Assembly (NCBI RefSeq): GCF_018350175.1
Contig: NC_058368.1
Span: forward strand, 100,442,001-100,506,000
Length of the DNA stretch: 64,000 bases
Direction: 5' to 3'
Origin: Felis catus
Taxonomy: Eukaryota
Under the pieces are notes generated by a model. The model did no database searches. It saw nothing but the letters and a program-made list of their open reading frames with translations, and was not told the origin of the DNA. Both the position numbers and the translations under genes were made by a program. Positions 13,740 to 25,840 of this stretch are shown one piece after another (position 1 is the stretch's first letter; each line of letters begins with the position of its first letter).

Positions 13740-13971
13740 CATAAAAACTGCTGCCTCCTATGCTAAGGAATTCAGTTTCCCAAACTTTAGTAATTTAAGT
13801 GTTAATTCCACCATATGTGTCATATCCAAAGTTGTCTTATGTTATTTTTGCTCTACCTTTATACTACTCATACTATTATCTATCTTACAGTTTCCTAAAA
13901 TGCCTTACTTTGAAACACACCTGTTTTCAAAAGAAACTTCACATCAGTATTGTAAATAGAAAACCAGCGTC

Positions 13972-14210
13972 AGGCACCTGGGTGGCTCAGGTTAAGCGTT
14001 AACCAGGTTAACCTCGGTTAAGCGTCTGACTCTTGATTTTAGCTCAGGTCATGATCTCGCAGTTCATGAGATCTAGCCCCACATAGCAAACTGACAGTGC
14101 AGAGCCTGCTTGAGATTCTCTCTCCTTTCTCTGCCTGTCCCCCACTCACTCATGTGTGCATGTGCTCTCTCTCTCTCAAAATAAATAAACATTAAAAAAA
14201 AAAAAAAGAA
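13972..14210 (+). mobile_element. Can-SINE with a small internal duplication in the head (ggttaagcgt twice)
   Basis: TSD-like agaaaaccagcgtca/agaaaatcaacgtca. Confidence 0.88.
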
Positions 14211-14453
14211 AAATCAACGTCAATTGCAATAAATTAAAGGTCATCATTAAAATGAACGTGACAAAAATAAAACGTTCCTGTTAAGTCTTTGCTTGTGAAA
14301 GTCTCCGAGCCTGAGACCTGCTGTCTCCTCATTTTTAAGGGAGATGATAAGTTTTGGAGAGGAGTTAAATTCATTGTAGCACCAAACTGAGATTCCTTCA
14401 ATTAATTAGGAGGGAAAAAGGCAGTTGAATGGCATAAAGCTTCCTTACTTTCC

Positions 14454-14659
14454 TTTTTAATTTTTAAATGTTTATTTTTGAGAGAGAAAGAGAGCATGAG
14501 CAGAGAAGAGCAAAGAGAGAGGGAGACACAGGATCCGAAGCAGGCTTCAGGCTCTGAGCTGTCAGCACAGAGCCCATCGTGGGGCTCGAACCCACAAACC
14601 ATGAGATCACGACCTGAGCTGAAGTCGGACACTTAACCGACTGAGCCACCCAGACACCC
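14454..14659 (-). mobile_element. Can-SINE
   Basis: TSD taaagcttcctta on both sides. Confidence 0.9.
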
Positions 14660-15724
14660 TAAAGCTTCCTTATTTTCTAAGTCAGGAGTATTCATCATGG
14701 TTCCTGTGTGCCATTTTAGATACTACAAGGATATGCATATGACATAGGGGGAAATGTCATAGGCAATACAGGGCCATCTGAGGATTTTGAGCTAAGAAGT
14801 GACAAAATCACACCTATATGAAGAGGGAAAACTCCGGACTGCAAAGGGAGACCAGAGAAGTAGCTAGAACTTTGCAGTGCAAGGGTCCCAGCGTGGACTA
14901 GTCAGTGTAACAGGATGGACAAGAGGGACCAGACTTGAGAGAAATTTGGGATCAGGCCACAGCCAGATTTGGTGCCTGGGAGGATGAGACCCACAGGTCA
15001 AGGGAAGTGAAAGGCCAGCGATACTTTGCAGACGGATGGCTTGAGAGACTGCATGAGTGGTCATGTGACCCAGGCCAGGTTTACAAAGACTACGCGGTAG
15101 AGTGTGTGTGCCCGATGAGGAGAAAGGGAGGGAGCAAGTAAGGAAGGAGAGGGGTAAGACCTCAGCTTTGGAACATCTACCTGTGACAAGTATGCACCTA
15201 TCCTAGGCTCACATTAAATGCTTGTGGCAGAAATGGCAACGTGTGGATGGCAGGCAATTGGAGGCCACCTTGCTGGAGCTCAGGGACATCCCCACTGCCA
15301 GTTAGATTGGAAGAGATCTATACTGGTCTATAAATCAGCGTCAAAAACATTTGCACTTACCTACCAACCATTTTAGAAAATTGGTGACATAATCAGGTAG
15401 ACAGGTTTAAGGTGTATTAGACATGTTTACTTTCGTAAGATGTTCAAAATGAATCCATCCAACCAAGAAGTCATTAAGAACCTAGTTCTGTAAAGCAGTT
15501 TGCTGATAACTTTGAGCCAGAGATAGAGAAATTAGACACAGACCCTGTTCTCATAGAGCTTGTAAAGATCTAATAAGATAAGAGAAAAAATTTTCAGGGA
15601 TTTAAAGCTTAACGTACGAAGGCTTTATTCATGATTTCCAGAAAACCTATTTAGCCTCAAAATCTTTCTAGTAACTATAGTTAGTCTGAACTTTATTTCC
15701 ATGTGTTTTAAGAAACTGATTATG

Positions 15725-15955
15725 GGGGCGCCTGGGTGGCTCAGTTGGTTAAGCATCCAACTTTGGCTCAGGTCATGATCTCACGGTTTGTGAGTTCAAG
15801 CCTGCGTCAGGCTCTGTGCTGACAGCTCAGAGCCTGGAGCCTGCTTTGGATTCTGTGTCTCGCTCTCTCTCTCTCTCTCTGCCCCTCCCCTGCTCATGCT
15901 CTGTCTCTCTCTGCCTCAAAAATAAATAAAACATTTAAAAAATTAAAAAAAAAAA
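15725..15955 (+). mobile_element. Can-SINE
   Basis: TSD aagaaa(c/t)tgattatgg. Confidence 0.92.
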
Positions 15956-18900
15956 GAAATTGATTATGGTGTTGGGGTAGAACAATAGTATAAATGAAAT
16001 TTGGAGTAGACTTACAGAACTGTAAATTAAAATCTTTTCAATCATAAGTATTCCTTTTTCTTATGTTGTGCTTAAAATGCTCATTTTCCCAGCTTAGGAG
16101 AAACAATATAAACTTTTGTTTTATGTATAGAATAAAATTTCCCTTCTTCCTCAGATGAGTATATATAGTAATAAATTAGAGCCGTCTCATGAGAGTCTCT
16201 TAAACAATCAGTTTTATGTAACTGGGATTTTTTTTTTTTTTCCTGGTCATCAAGACACAGACTAGAAAGCATAGAGTTCACCCTCTCAGCCTAAAAAAGA
16301 GTCATACGTTTAAATAAGAGGAAGGACAACAAGCCTAATGTTGATGCCTCTTCTTCAGTTTCTAGACCCTTCTGTGGAAAGAAGTGTTTTTATAAGACTC
16401 AGACAGAATTCATTTCCATAGAGCATTCTTAATGGCTCCTGTCAGTACAAAACAGCTGGGAAACATATGGTATCCATTTCCCTGTATCACTTGGAAAAAA
16501 TTTCACATGTAAATAAAGCCAACATAAAAGAGTAGCCCTTTGAACCCACGACCTTATACAATACATAAATGTATTGGCACAATGCACTCGTTGTATTGGT
16601 CCACTAAGTTATGTGACTTTAAAGGTTTTTATCACATCCTGAGATGCACATTTTCAAGAAGTTTCAAAGGAATCAAGGTAATTGGCAAAATATTAGCAAA
16701 TACCATGCCTAACAATTAGTATGTATTCCTGAAATGTTAAGGGAGACACACACACACGTGCGCATGCGCACACACGCCACCGTATTTTAAGCTTTTTAGA
16801 AAAAATAGTGGATAAAATTAAAGGCATATTTACACATTGTAAATTCTGTGTCTGCTATCTCTCTGCTATTTTAAAGAAGTAACCATGTGTTCTTGAAAGG
16901 AAGAGAGAAAAGCCTGGCGGAAGTTTCTGGCAGACAATTTTTCATTGCTTCACATTTTTAGGGAAAAATGGACCTATAAAGGATAGGAAACCTTTTAAAT
17001 ATATAATGGACCGACTGGAATTAGGCTTTGCCTTTGCATATTTACTTTTCATAAATAACTTTAGAAGATCCAACTCTTATTGGTGATTATCACTCCTCTG
17101 AGTTTATTAACGGGGCTTTCGTCCCCTGTGATATTAAGCTGTAAATCCCTGAGAAGGATGCGCTTTGGGCACTTCGAAGGAGATTTAATGCGTTGCGCAA
17201 AGTGAGATTCAAATTCAAATACTCGCGTTTGTTAATTGTATTCTCTGTGCCAAGTACTGGGTACAGCTTAGAAGCAGAGCCAGCGAAAAAGAAGAGGTGC
17301 TGCAGCTTAACAGCATCTAGATACCTCCCTTCCCTCCTGGACCATTCCTCGTTAATACCTGTCCCTTACTGGACAGAATCCAGGCTTGTCGCCACAGCTC
17401 ATAATGTTCTCTTCTTAGACATTAAAGGTCTCAGAGCCATAATTCCGCTTAGTGCGGACCTTCTGAAAACCTGTGCGAAATTATGGTCTCTTTTGGAGGA
17501 AAGAACCATCCACCAAAAATTACATCGCATTCAGGCTCAGAACACTTTCTCTCACCTCCTTAACTTACTTCCAGAACTTCTCTGAATCCTTTTAGATATA
17601 TCCCAGTAAGAACAAGAATGACCAGCGATCTAAATTTGGGGAGCTTTTAATGACTTCTATGCCACTTTCACCCAAGATTTAGTGGGAGCTGGGGACTGTC
17701 ATAGAAGTTACAGACCTGAATACACCCCACCTCTTTAATTCTTTGGTTGTGCCCAGTAGCAAAGAACAGACACAAGCCCATGCTTTGGGATTAAATACTT
17801 CCCACCAATTGTTCCAGAAGAGGAGAGAGAGAGCTCCTAGTTGGAAGGCATGTCCTGAAACCTCCCCCCTTCCAAGGGGGATGGTGTAAATGTAATGGAA
17901 GAGGAGGAGGAGGGGTCCATAAATCAGTGACCTACAAGTTTCCAAGAGCTGGGTCATCGGTCTAGTCAGGGGAGTGTCCCAGAGAGGAGGCAGGATCATC
18001 ACAATGGAGGAGACTGGTGTCCTGTCACCCTGCACCACGAGAAGGCACGGGGTTGCCTTTCATGAGGCTGACTGGGAGAGATGGTGTTCTTATCTTCAAC
18101 GTCCAGACACATTGCTTTTTCACTGGATGCTCCATCTCCACCAGACCCTCCCTCAAAGACAAACCATGCACTTTTTATCTGAGCTTCGCAGAGAAATGAG
18201 AAGGAAAAAACAACAACCACTAACCTGCACATCTCACTTTCCCTTTGTAACTTCCTCTCCTCCTGGTTCTTCCCAGCTTTGCCAACAATGGAGGGAAGCT
18301 TTGAATCTTCCCGCGTGTTCCGTTATAAAGTACAAATACATTATGTTGCTGTGTGCATATGCCAGAAAGCATGGTGAAATTCCCCGAGCGACGGTTCGTT
18401 GGGATACTCATCTGTGGGAGAAAATCACCCAGTAGGTCACAGTCTGAGTTTGCCCAATATTAAATAACTTACCCTTTCTTTATATGAGACTTCTTAAGCT
18501 TTAAGGATGTGCATGTGTGTGTGCACGCACATATACGCGTGTGTGTACGTTCATCCCTTGTCTCCCTAAACTAGTTTGGAAGTTTATTTAACATAGAGGA
18601 TCCTATCTCCAATTCTGCTTCTCCAGGTGGTGACAAGTCTCATAATACTTCCAAAGAGGTATAGCCATCCAGGGACTGAACCTAAAAATCTGTCGGGGTT
18701 TGTTTGTTGTTTTGGCTGTCTCCTTTTACCATGCTTCCTACTTGAGTTCATTTTGAGCCAATATGCCATCACTTTTATCACTCACTGTTTTCTAGTGGTA
18801 AGTATGAACCGTTTGTTTTGGGATATCTTGTGTTTGATTTGCCTTCTCCCTACAGGTGTCCCCTTAGACAGGGGCTTTCTTTGAACATAACCTGAGTGGT

Positions 18901-18976
18901 CCATGTCTGGCCGCATGGCCAAGATACCTTCAGTGTTTCAATGTAATGCTCTCCTCTTTTATATATTTCAAAACAG

Positions 18977-19845
18977 TTTCTAGTTCGAGCTGGAATTGCA
19001 GTGTGTCGGCTCTCATCACAAACACGCAGAAGCCCACAGGCATCGCTGATGTGTATAGTAAGTTCCGTCCCGTGAAGCGAGTTTCCCCACTGAAACACCA
19101 GCCAGAGACTCTGGACAACAATGAAAGTGATGACCAAAAGAACCAGAAGGTGGAGTGCCAGAAAGGGAGTGATTCAGAGCCAGGCCCCCCACCTGAGGAG
19201 CTCAGCCCTGGAGATGGAGACAGTGGCCCCCAAAGTAAGAGCACCGAGCCCAGCACCTTGCTGGGTGAACTGGAGCATTATGACCTTGACATGGATGAGA
19301 TTCTGGATGTGCCTTACATTAAATCCAGTCAACAGCTTGCCCCTTTTACCAAGGTGACTTCAGATAAGAGAATTTTGGGTTTGTGCACAACCATCAATGG
19401 CCTTTCTGGCAAAGCCTGTTCTCCCGGAAGTGCCGAGAGCTCACCGTCCACCCTGACACCATTCTGTGTTCTTTCTCCCGTGAAAAGCCCTCACTTGAGA
19501 AAAGCGTCATCCATCATCCGCGACCAGCAAAAGCTCTCTGCTGAAGAGTCTGAGAGCTCACCGCCTTTGGTTAAGTGTGGCTCCGCATACGAGCCTGAAA
19601 ACCAGAGCAAGGACTTCCTAAACAAGACCTTTAGTGATCCTCATAGTCGAAAGCGCGAGAAGGCAATGCCAGACTGCCAGCTCAGGGACTTCCACCCACA
19701 GTCCTCCGCAACAGAACCCAAAGTGGAAGAGCAGATCGGGGGTGTGAGCTGGACCAGCTCCCAAGGCCCAGAAGAAAGGAGTGAGTATCTGAAAAAAGGG
19801 AAAAGCATCTTGAACATCGTTAAAGAAGGACAGATATCTCTCCTG
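18977..19845 (+). CDS. SNCAIP: Synphilin-1 coding exon 4 (869 nt, phase 1 to 0): (V)SSSSWNCSVSALITNTQKPTGIADVYSKFRPVKRVSPLKHQPE...NIVKEGQISLL
   Basis: Translation recognisable as the synphilin-1 N-terminal region, including the SIAH-binding RPVKRVSP and the VLSPVKSP Ser-Pro sites. Acceptor aaacAG at 18975-18976; donor CTG|GTGAGT after 19845. Confidence 0.97.
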
Positions 19846-20106
19846 GTGAGTATGATCTAATTCGGTAATCTAGAGACTCCAGTTTTACCAACTCCTTCAT
19901 GAGTAACAGAATGATGAGTGTTTGTTCCCATCCTGCCTTAATCTTTACTCGTAGCTTTAGTTTGATGATGTGCCTTTTGAAGTTTAAAATCCAACTTCAG
20001 ATTAGTACCAGGGAAAATAAACAGCTATAGAGGGAGTGTTATTCCCCTTTAACTTTGCAGGACTTTGACTGAAATGGGACACATAATCTAAAACAACACA
20101 AGTCTA

Positions 20107-20335
20107 GGGGCACCTGGGTGGCTCAATCGGTTAAGCGTCTGGCTTTGGCTCAGGTCATGATCTCATGGTTAGTGAGTTCGAGCCCCACGTCGGGCTCTGT
20201 GCTGAGAGCTCGGAGCCTGGAGCCTGCTTCCGATTCTGCTTCTCTTTCTCTCTCGGCTCCTCCTCCACTTGTGCTCTGTCTCTCTCTATCAAAAATAAAT
20301 AAATGTGAAAAAAAATAATTAAAAAAATAAAACAA
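20107..20335 (+). mobile_element. Can-SINE
   Basis: Full head and tail; TSD-like aacacaagtc(t/c)ag. Confidence 0.92.
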
Positions 20336-21713
20336 AAACACAAGTCCAGCACTTGCTTTAACATGGCTCTTTATGTCTTTCTTTTCCCTTTTCAAATGGT
20401 CCCTAATGTTCCCACTCACTTACTCATGGGGATGTGTGTGTTCCTTGTTGATGGCGGACCTTCCAGATCCATGAACAGAGGGTCTTCTGTTTTATCCTGA
20501 TCATTATTCAGAAAAGTTGGACCAGGACGTTTAAGAACGTTTGCAGATAGAGCTTACCCTAGAGCTTGGTTGCCCTCTGACCTACATGGGGCTTTTACTC
20601 AGTCCAGCTCTGCATGTCTAGGGAGTGCAAAGAAGCTTTTCCAAAGACTCTAGTCACAGAGTTAACATGATGTGTAAGAAAAGCCTGTTCTGCCTCGGCT
20701 CAGAGAGAGCTCAGCCGAAATCACACCCCATCTGCCTGCATTGTTTTTTTCTGGCTTCCAGACTTGGATCAAACAGTAGCAAGCCTGGGCTGATACCATG
20801 ATGTTAATTAAAGTCTCACTCAAGAAAATCATCATATCTTGGCAGTGCGATTCCACTTAGGGTAAAGCCATACAGAGATAAGTACAATGTGCTTGGTCCA
20901 TTAGCCCAAATCTCACTGTTATAGGATAATAGGATTGAATGGTTTTACCAAATAAAGTAATAAAAAAATGTTTTCCTGCTGAAAATAGGTTTTCCATTTC
21001 TCCTGGCTCTTTCTCTTTCTTTCTGGTTCATTTCTTCCTTTTGTCCATCCCATGTTTTCATGTTTCCCGAGTGATAATACCTCTCAGTTCACCCAACAGT
21101 CTCTGTCAACCATAGAACTAACACAGGGAACTAAGCCTCACTACAGGTGAGAAAATCAAAGTCCAGGTAGCGTCCAGGAGTCTGTCTGGGGTGAAAGTGT
21201 CTAGAAGAACCCCGTGGTGGCGCTAGTCATGGCAGCCATCATGAGTTTGCAATGAAAGCCAATTCTCTGTAGTTCAAGGCAGACGAGATGCTTGAGAGAA
21301 GTAGTTCCTTCATTCAACAAACCTACAACAGAGAATAAAACATAGTCTGGCTGTCAGCACTTAGCAGTCGAGTGGAGTAGACAGAGAGGGAATTTGCCAA
21401 TTACCATAAATATCATTGCAGTTGTTTAGAAAGCCAGCTCGGAGTCTCCGCAGTCTTGTTGACCTATCCCAGTCTCCGTGTCTCCCATGAAGATAAGTCT
21501 CTTGAGAATTCATGTTCTCAAGGGTAGCAGAGCAAACTCTGTAATGGGCAATCATCAGAGTTGATGGTAAGGAATTTTGACTTACTACATCCCCAGGATT
21601 GGCACCAGAGCTTCTGGAAGATCATCTCTTCTTACCAGTGCCCACAGCAGAACCCCCACAGCATCTCGTTCTGATTATTGACTTAAGTGTTCTAACCTTA
21701 ACTCTTTGTACAG

Positions 21714-21893
21714 CCCCACCTAGCTGCTGACAACCTAGACAAAATTCACGACGAGACTGGCAACAATCTCTTACACGTGGCCGCATCGCAGGGACATGCG
21801 GAATGTCTGCAGCACCTCACGTCTCTGATGGGAGAGGACTGCCTCAGTGAGCGGAATGCGGAGAGATTGACTCCAGCAGGCTTGGCCATCAAG
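21714..21893 (+). CDS. SNCAIP: Synphilin-1 exon 5 (180 nt): PHLAADNLDKIHDETGNNLLHVAASQGHAECLQHLTSLMGEDCLSERNAERLTPAGLAIK, ankyrin repeats
   Basis: Translated by hand. Acceptor ctctttgtacAG, donor AAG|GTGATC, phase 0/0, ankyrin-like GNNLLHVAASQGH motif. Confidence 0.97.
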
Positions 21894-21951
21894 GTGATCG
21901 GTTGGGGCTGCGCCCTCCACCGCTAAAAGTCGGGTTGTTGGGGGTTTTGGG

Positions 21952-22176
21952 TTTTTTTTTTTTTAGGTCTTATTTTCATTTATTTTTGAGAAAGATACAA
22001 AGAGCAAGTGGGGGATGGGGGCAGAGAGAGAAGGAGACAGAATCCCAAGCAGGCTGCACGCTGTCAGCGCAAAGCCGGACATGGGGCTCGAACCCACACA
22101 CCACGAGATCATGACCCATGACCCGAGCCAAAATCAAGAGTCAGACACTTAACTGACTGAACCACCCCACTGCCCC
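21952..22176 (-). mobile_element. Can-SINE about 60 nt downstream of exon 5
   Basis: Poly-T, GA tract, reverse head. Confidence 0.88.
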
Positions 22177-23977
22177 TGATTGTTGTTTTAAGATTCCTAG
22201 TGAGCTAAGTCGGACACATGAGTGTAGGGTGGGGAGGGGGGAGCACAGTATATCTAGTAAATGGCAAATGAGCATATGACATTTAAGATAGTAATCATTT
22301 CAGTTACTAACTGCTTTGAGATTTGGAGACTACATTCCAATTTATTGTGCAATGAGGGTAAGCTTCGAGTCAGCTAATAAAGAGGAAGTAAAATGATCTA
22401 TTGCAGTTCTCAGAACTTTTGTTACTGCTGGTGACTGCAATTCAGATTCTTAACCACACCTGGATTTATCTGAGACGGTTTCATTTTTTTCCTAATGTGA
22501 ATATAATGAGCGAAACAAATGAGGAAAATGTGTATTTTAAGGAATGATAGCTCTCAGGAGTATTTCAGATAATAAAGCAGGCTTCTAATGGATCACATCT
22601 GAAGTTTAAATGTCTTCAGGACCCAAAGTTGTTTAGAGGGTCAGTGCCGAGTTTGAGTCTAGCTCTTGGTGGAGCACAGTATGCTGTCTGTCAAAATCTA
22701 TACAAATTAATGCCGACGGGGAAAGAGTTAAAACCTAGAAATTGTGAGTCAGGGAAACATGGTCTTTTATAGCACTGCAAGTGAGTGCCTCTGTAAAATA
22801 TAACACATCGCTAGAAGGTTAGCTATTAAACTAAAATTACTTTTAAGATCTTTGGCAAATAAATGTAGAATTCAGTCATATTTATGAAGAAGCCAGAAGT
22901 GAAGTTCAGGGAAATATAATACAGCCTGTGCTTCTACGTATGTGTTTTGCTAGTTATGTCTTCTAAAAGCTGAATGATCATAATTTTTAGAAATGGAATT
23001 ACTTTTGAAATTTACTAGGGGAACTTGCTAGTTAAAGAAATCTGTTTGTGAATTCACCGAAGAACATGTTACATTTGAAAAACAAGTGGTTGCTGGCCTG
23101 CCCCTCACATATCTTTTAAGCAAATCTGAATTTTTGCATCGTTAATTTATTTACCATGTGGTAAAGTTTTACGTATTACAAGTTGCTTTCTGTTTTATTT
23201 AATTTTACTCAGTGATAATGTACTATTGCAAAGATGCTATAGAAAATAATATTTTTTTTTTATAAAATAAGAAATCTGTGACCTTGGTAGATATCGCTTT
23301 CCTTTAGTGAATGTTGCCGTGTCACATTAAGAACGGAACTGAAGGCAGCCATCATGAAGAAAGAGAAATTAGATGCGAAGTCAGGGTGCATCATAGTTGA
23401 GTTCGACGATGTGTACCAAGTCCAGTAGGTACTATGTTAGATGAAGGCAATTCAGATTTGAATGAGACATAGTCCCTTTTCTTAAGGATAGCCTGATAGA
23501 TACAGCAGGTAAGTTTCCAGCAATTCAAGTGTGGGGTGGCAAATTCAGGATCTAGTCCTAGATCCGAGTCCTGCGGGAAGGCAGGGGTTGGGTCTGATCA
23601 TCAATGGACATGGGTCAGTGATGAATAAATTATTGTTGCATGGCCAATAAATATTGACATTTGCCTTGCTGTTTTAGTGTTTATAAAATACAGGTCTTAT
23701 TAGTTTTTCTAACTAATGTTAGATTATGGAGTATATCTTAGCTACATAGTTGGAAGAGAACGTTTTTTTTTTCTTTGTTTATATCCCTTCATGCTTGTTT
23801 TCACAGATTAAGAGTCTTCAGAGTAGGACAGTACAGAAGAAACTTGGTGGCATTTCAGCCACCTGGGTATAAACTCTTTCTATGGTTTCCATATTGTTAG
23901 TCCATTCTTAATAAACTGCTTCAGTCAACACACGGCTATCATATAATCGGCATGGAAACTTAAGCTGCAGGGCATTT

Positions 23978-24120
23978 TGGGACATCTGGCTGGCTCAGTT
24001 GGAAGAGTGTGCAACTCTTGATCTTGGAGTTGTGAGTTCAAGCCCCATGTTGGGTGTAGAGATTACTGAATAAGAAGAATAAGAGTAAGGGTAAGGGTAA
24101 GAGTAAGAATAAGAATAAAA
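23978..24120 (+). mobile_element. Short tRNA-like Can-SINE (older type lacking the CT tract) with hexamer-repeat tail
   Basis: ctggctggctcagttggaagag...gtgagttcaagccccatgttgggtgtagagattact. Confidence 0.8.
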
Positions 24121-24824
24121 CTGTAGTGCATTTTGTTTTTTTGTTTTAATGAAGAACACATACCAAACCCATAAAACTTAAAAGCTCTAATTTGGGGTCT
24201 CAGACTTTTCATATTTTTACTTCCAGGCAATGATATGAGAAAGGGAAATCTTCTATTTCTTCCTTTAATCTAGAATTTACAAAAGCAGTAAAGACAGATA
24301 TTTTGTGAGTGCCACCCCCTTTGGAAATTGGTCCTGACACAAATCCTGCCTCAGTCCATTCAGTGTAATTTGACAGACATTGGTGAAGTTGAGGGAGTTC
24401 TAAGAAGTCATCATTCTTTTGTTTTAGGACCTTGTTTTGAACACCAGTGACCAGCCGATGGTGTTTCAGCTCATTAAACATAGGTCTGAGAGCCCTGCTG
24501 TTATTAAAGAGAACAAACTGGGTACAAATGGCCAAAGTTGCTGAGATAATATGACTGGGCTGACAGGAAGCAAAGTCAGAGATAGGATATCACATAAAAA
24601 GATTACCTGAGGAAAGCGGCTTTGAAGGCTTAAGAACTCCTCTCCCCTCCACTTAAACTCCTTAGATGGAACATAATAAATTCTTACCAGTTACATGCAG
24701 AATTTATTGAGGGTTTTCTGGGGAACCCAGCACTAAATACTGTGGCAGTTCAGCGCATTACTGAGTCCCCTTTGGGAACAGTTTGGCAAAAATAACTGGA
24801 AAGAAAGATTTCTATAAGGTGAGA

Positions 24825-25150
24825 GCAGTGTGTTTCTCAAATAGGGCCAACACGATACATTATTTTAGGAGCTAAACAGACCTGGAATGAAATACCCTTA
24901 ATTTCTTTTTCATTTCTCACTCAGTCCTTTCTGATTAAGCTCAAAGACAACATGTTGGTCTGGTGAAAAAATGACTTCAGAGACATAACCTACTGGCACT
25001 CCTTTTTAACATCCAGTGAGTGACCCCAGTCTCAGAGACTTCAGGCAAACAGTCTCCTGCCAGAATGTAATAACATTTTGTTTGTTTTCTTGGTATTTCT
25101 ATTTACGGCAAGTGATGCTGCGTTCAAAATCATAGTAGCAATATATTTCC
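24825..25150 (+). mobile_element. hAT-Charlie (Charlie4-like) fragment
   Basis: Starts cagtgtgtttctcaaa; internal motifs 'cagtcctttctgatta', 'gccagaatgtaataacattttgtttg' and 'ctatttacggcaagtgat'. Confidence 0.5.
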
Positions 25151-25204
25151 TTCCACCTTTGTGGCTGCATTTTGTCACTTAATACATTTATGTCAACATC
25201 ACCT

Positions 25205-25796
25205 TGTGGAATAACTAGACCTAACAGACATCTAACAGAACATTCTAGCCAACAGCAGAAGGCTACACATTCCCCCCAAGTACACATGGGACATTCTCCA
25301 CAATAGACCATATGCTGGGCCAGAGAACAGGTCTCTGTAAATTAGGAAGGATTGAAGTCATACAAAGTATGCCCTTTTAACCATAGTGAAATGAAGTTTA
25401 GGAGTCAGTAACAGAAGGAAATTTGGGGTATTCACAAGTGTCTGGAATGAATAATCACTTATCAAAGAAGAAATTACAAGAGACCATGGAAAATATTTGG
25501 TGGTGAATGCAAATGCAATATATTATCATTTAAGGATGTAGTGAAAGCAATGCTGAGGATGAAATGTATAATTGTAAATGCCAGAATTAAAAAAAGAAAA
25601 GGAAAATGATCTAAAGTAATAGCTTAGGGGCGCCTGGGTGGCTCAGTTGGTTAAGCACCCCACTCTTGATTTAGGCTCAGGTCATGATCTTGGAGTCATG
25701 AGGTCAAGCTCCTTTTGGGCTCTGTGCTGGCTGTGGAGCCTGCTTCAGATCCTTGGTCTTCCTCTGTCGCCCCTCTCCCCTCTCAAAAAAATTGTT

Positions 25797-25840
<44 letters not shown>

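Larger units (their letters stand above)
13772..14757 (-). mobile_element. hAT-Charlie (Charlie4-like) non-autonomous element interrupted by two Can-SINEs
   Basis: Begins cagtttcccaaactt; internal sequence resembles the reverse complement of the element at 24825-25150. Subfamily name is from memory. Confidence 0.55.
10400..15200 (-). mobile_element. Ancient L2 LINE split by later insertions (pieces about 10400-10890, 13745-13772 and 14758-15200)
   Basis: L2 3' end signature atttattcattcattca at about 10401. The internal L2-like run 'tatgctaaggaatt...taggcaatacagggccatctgaggattttgagc...gtgacaaaatca' continues across the inserts. Confidence 0.65.

Noticed and set aside
17193..17585. 130-aa ORF (…STGYSLEAEPAKKKRCCSLTASRYLPSLL…) with an acceptor-like ttctctgtgccaAG at 17253-17254, considered as an extra SNCAIP exon
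   Set aside because: In the phase-1 frame needed to fit between the flanking exons it stops after five codons (VLGTA*), and I saw no convincing donor. It could be a relic of an exon used in another species, but I cannot support that without an alignment.
17974..18435. 153-aa ORF in the intron upstream of exon 4
   Set aside because: GTG start, no recognisable domain, no supporting splice structure; consistent with chance.
18946..18976. ATG at 18946 as the protein start, and likewise GTG at 47592 for the 389-aa ORF
   Set aside because: Both lie in intronic sequence upstream of clear acceptors. The true start exons are not in the window.
23978..24070. tRNA-like sequences here and at 60103-60190
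   Set aside because: These are heads of short Can-SINEs with SINE tails and degenerate stems, not tRNA genes.
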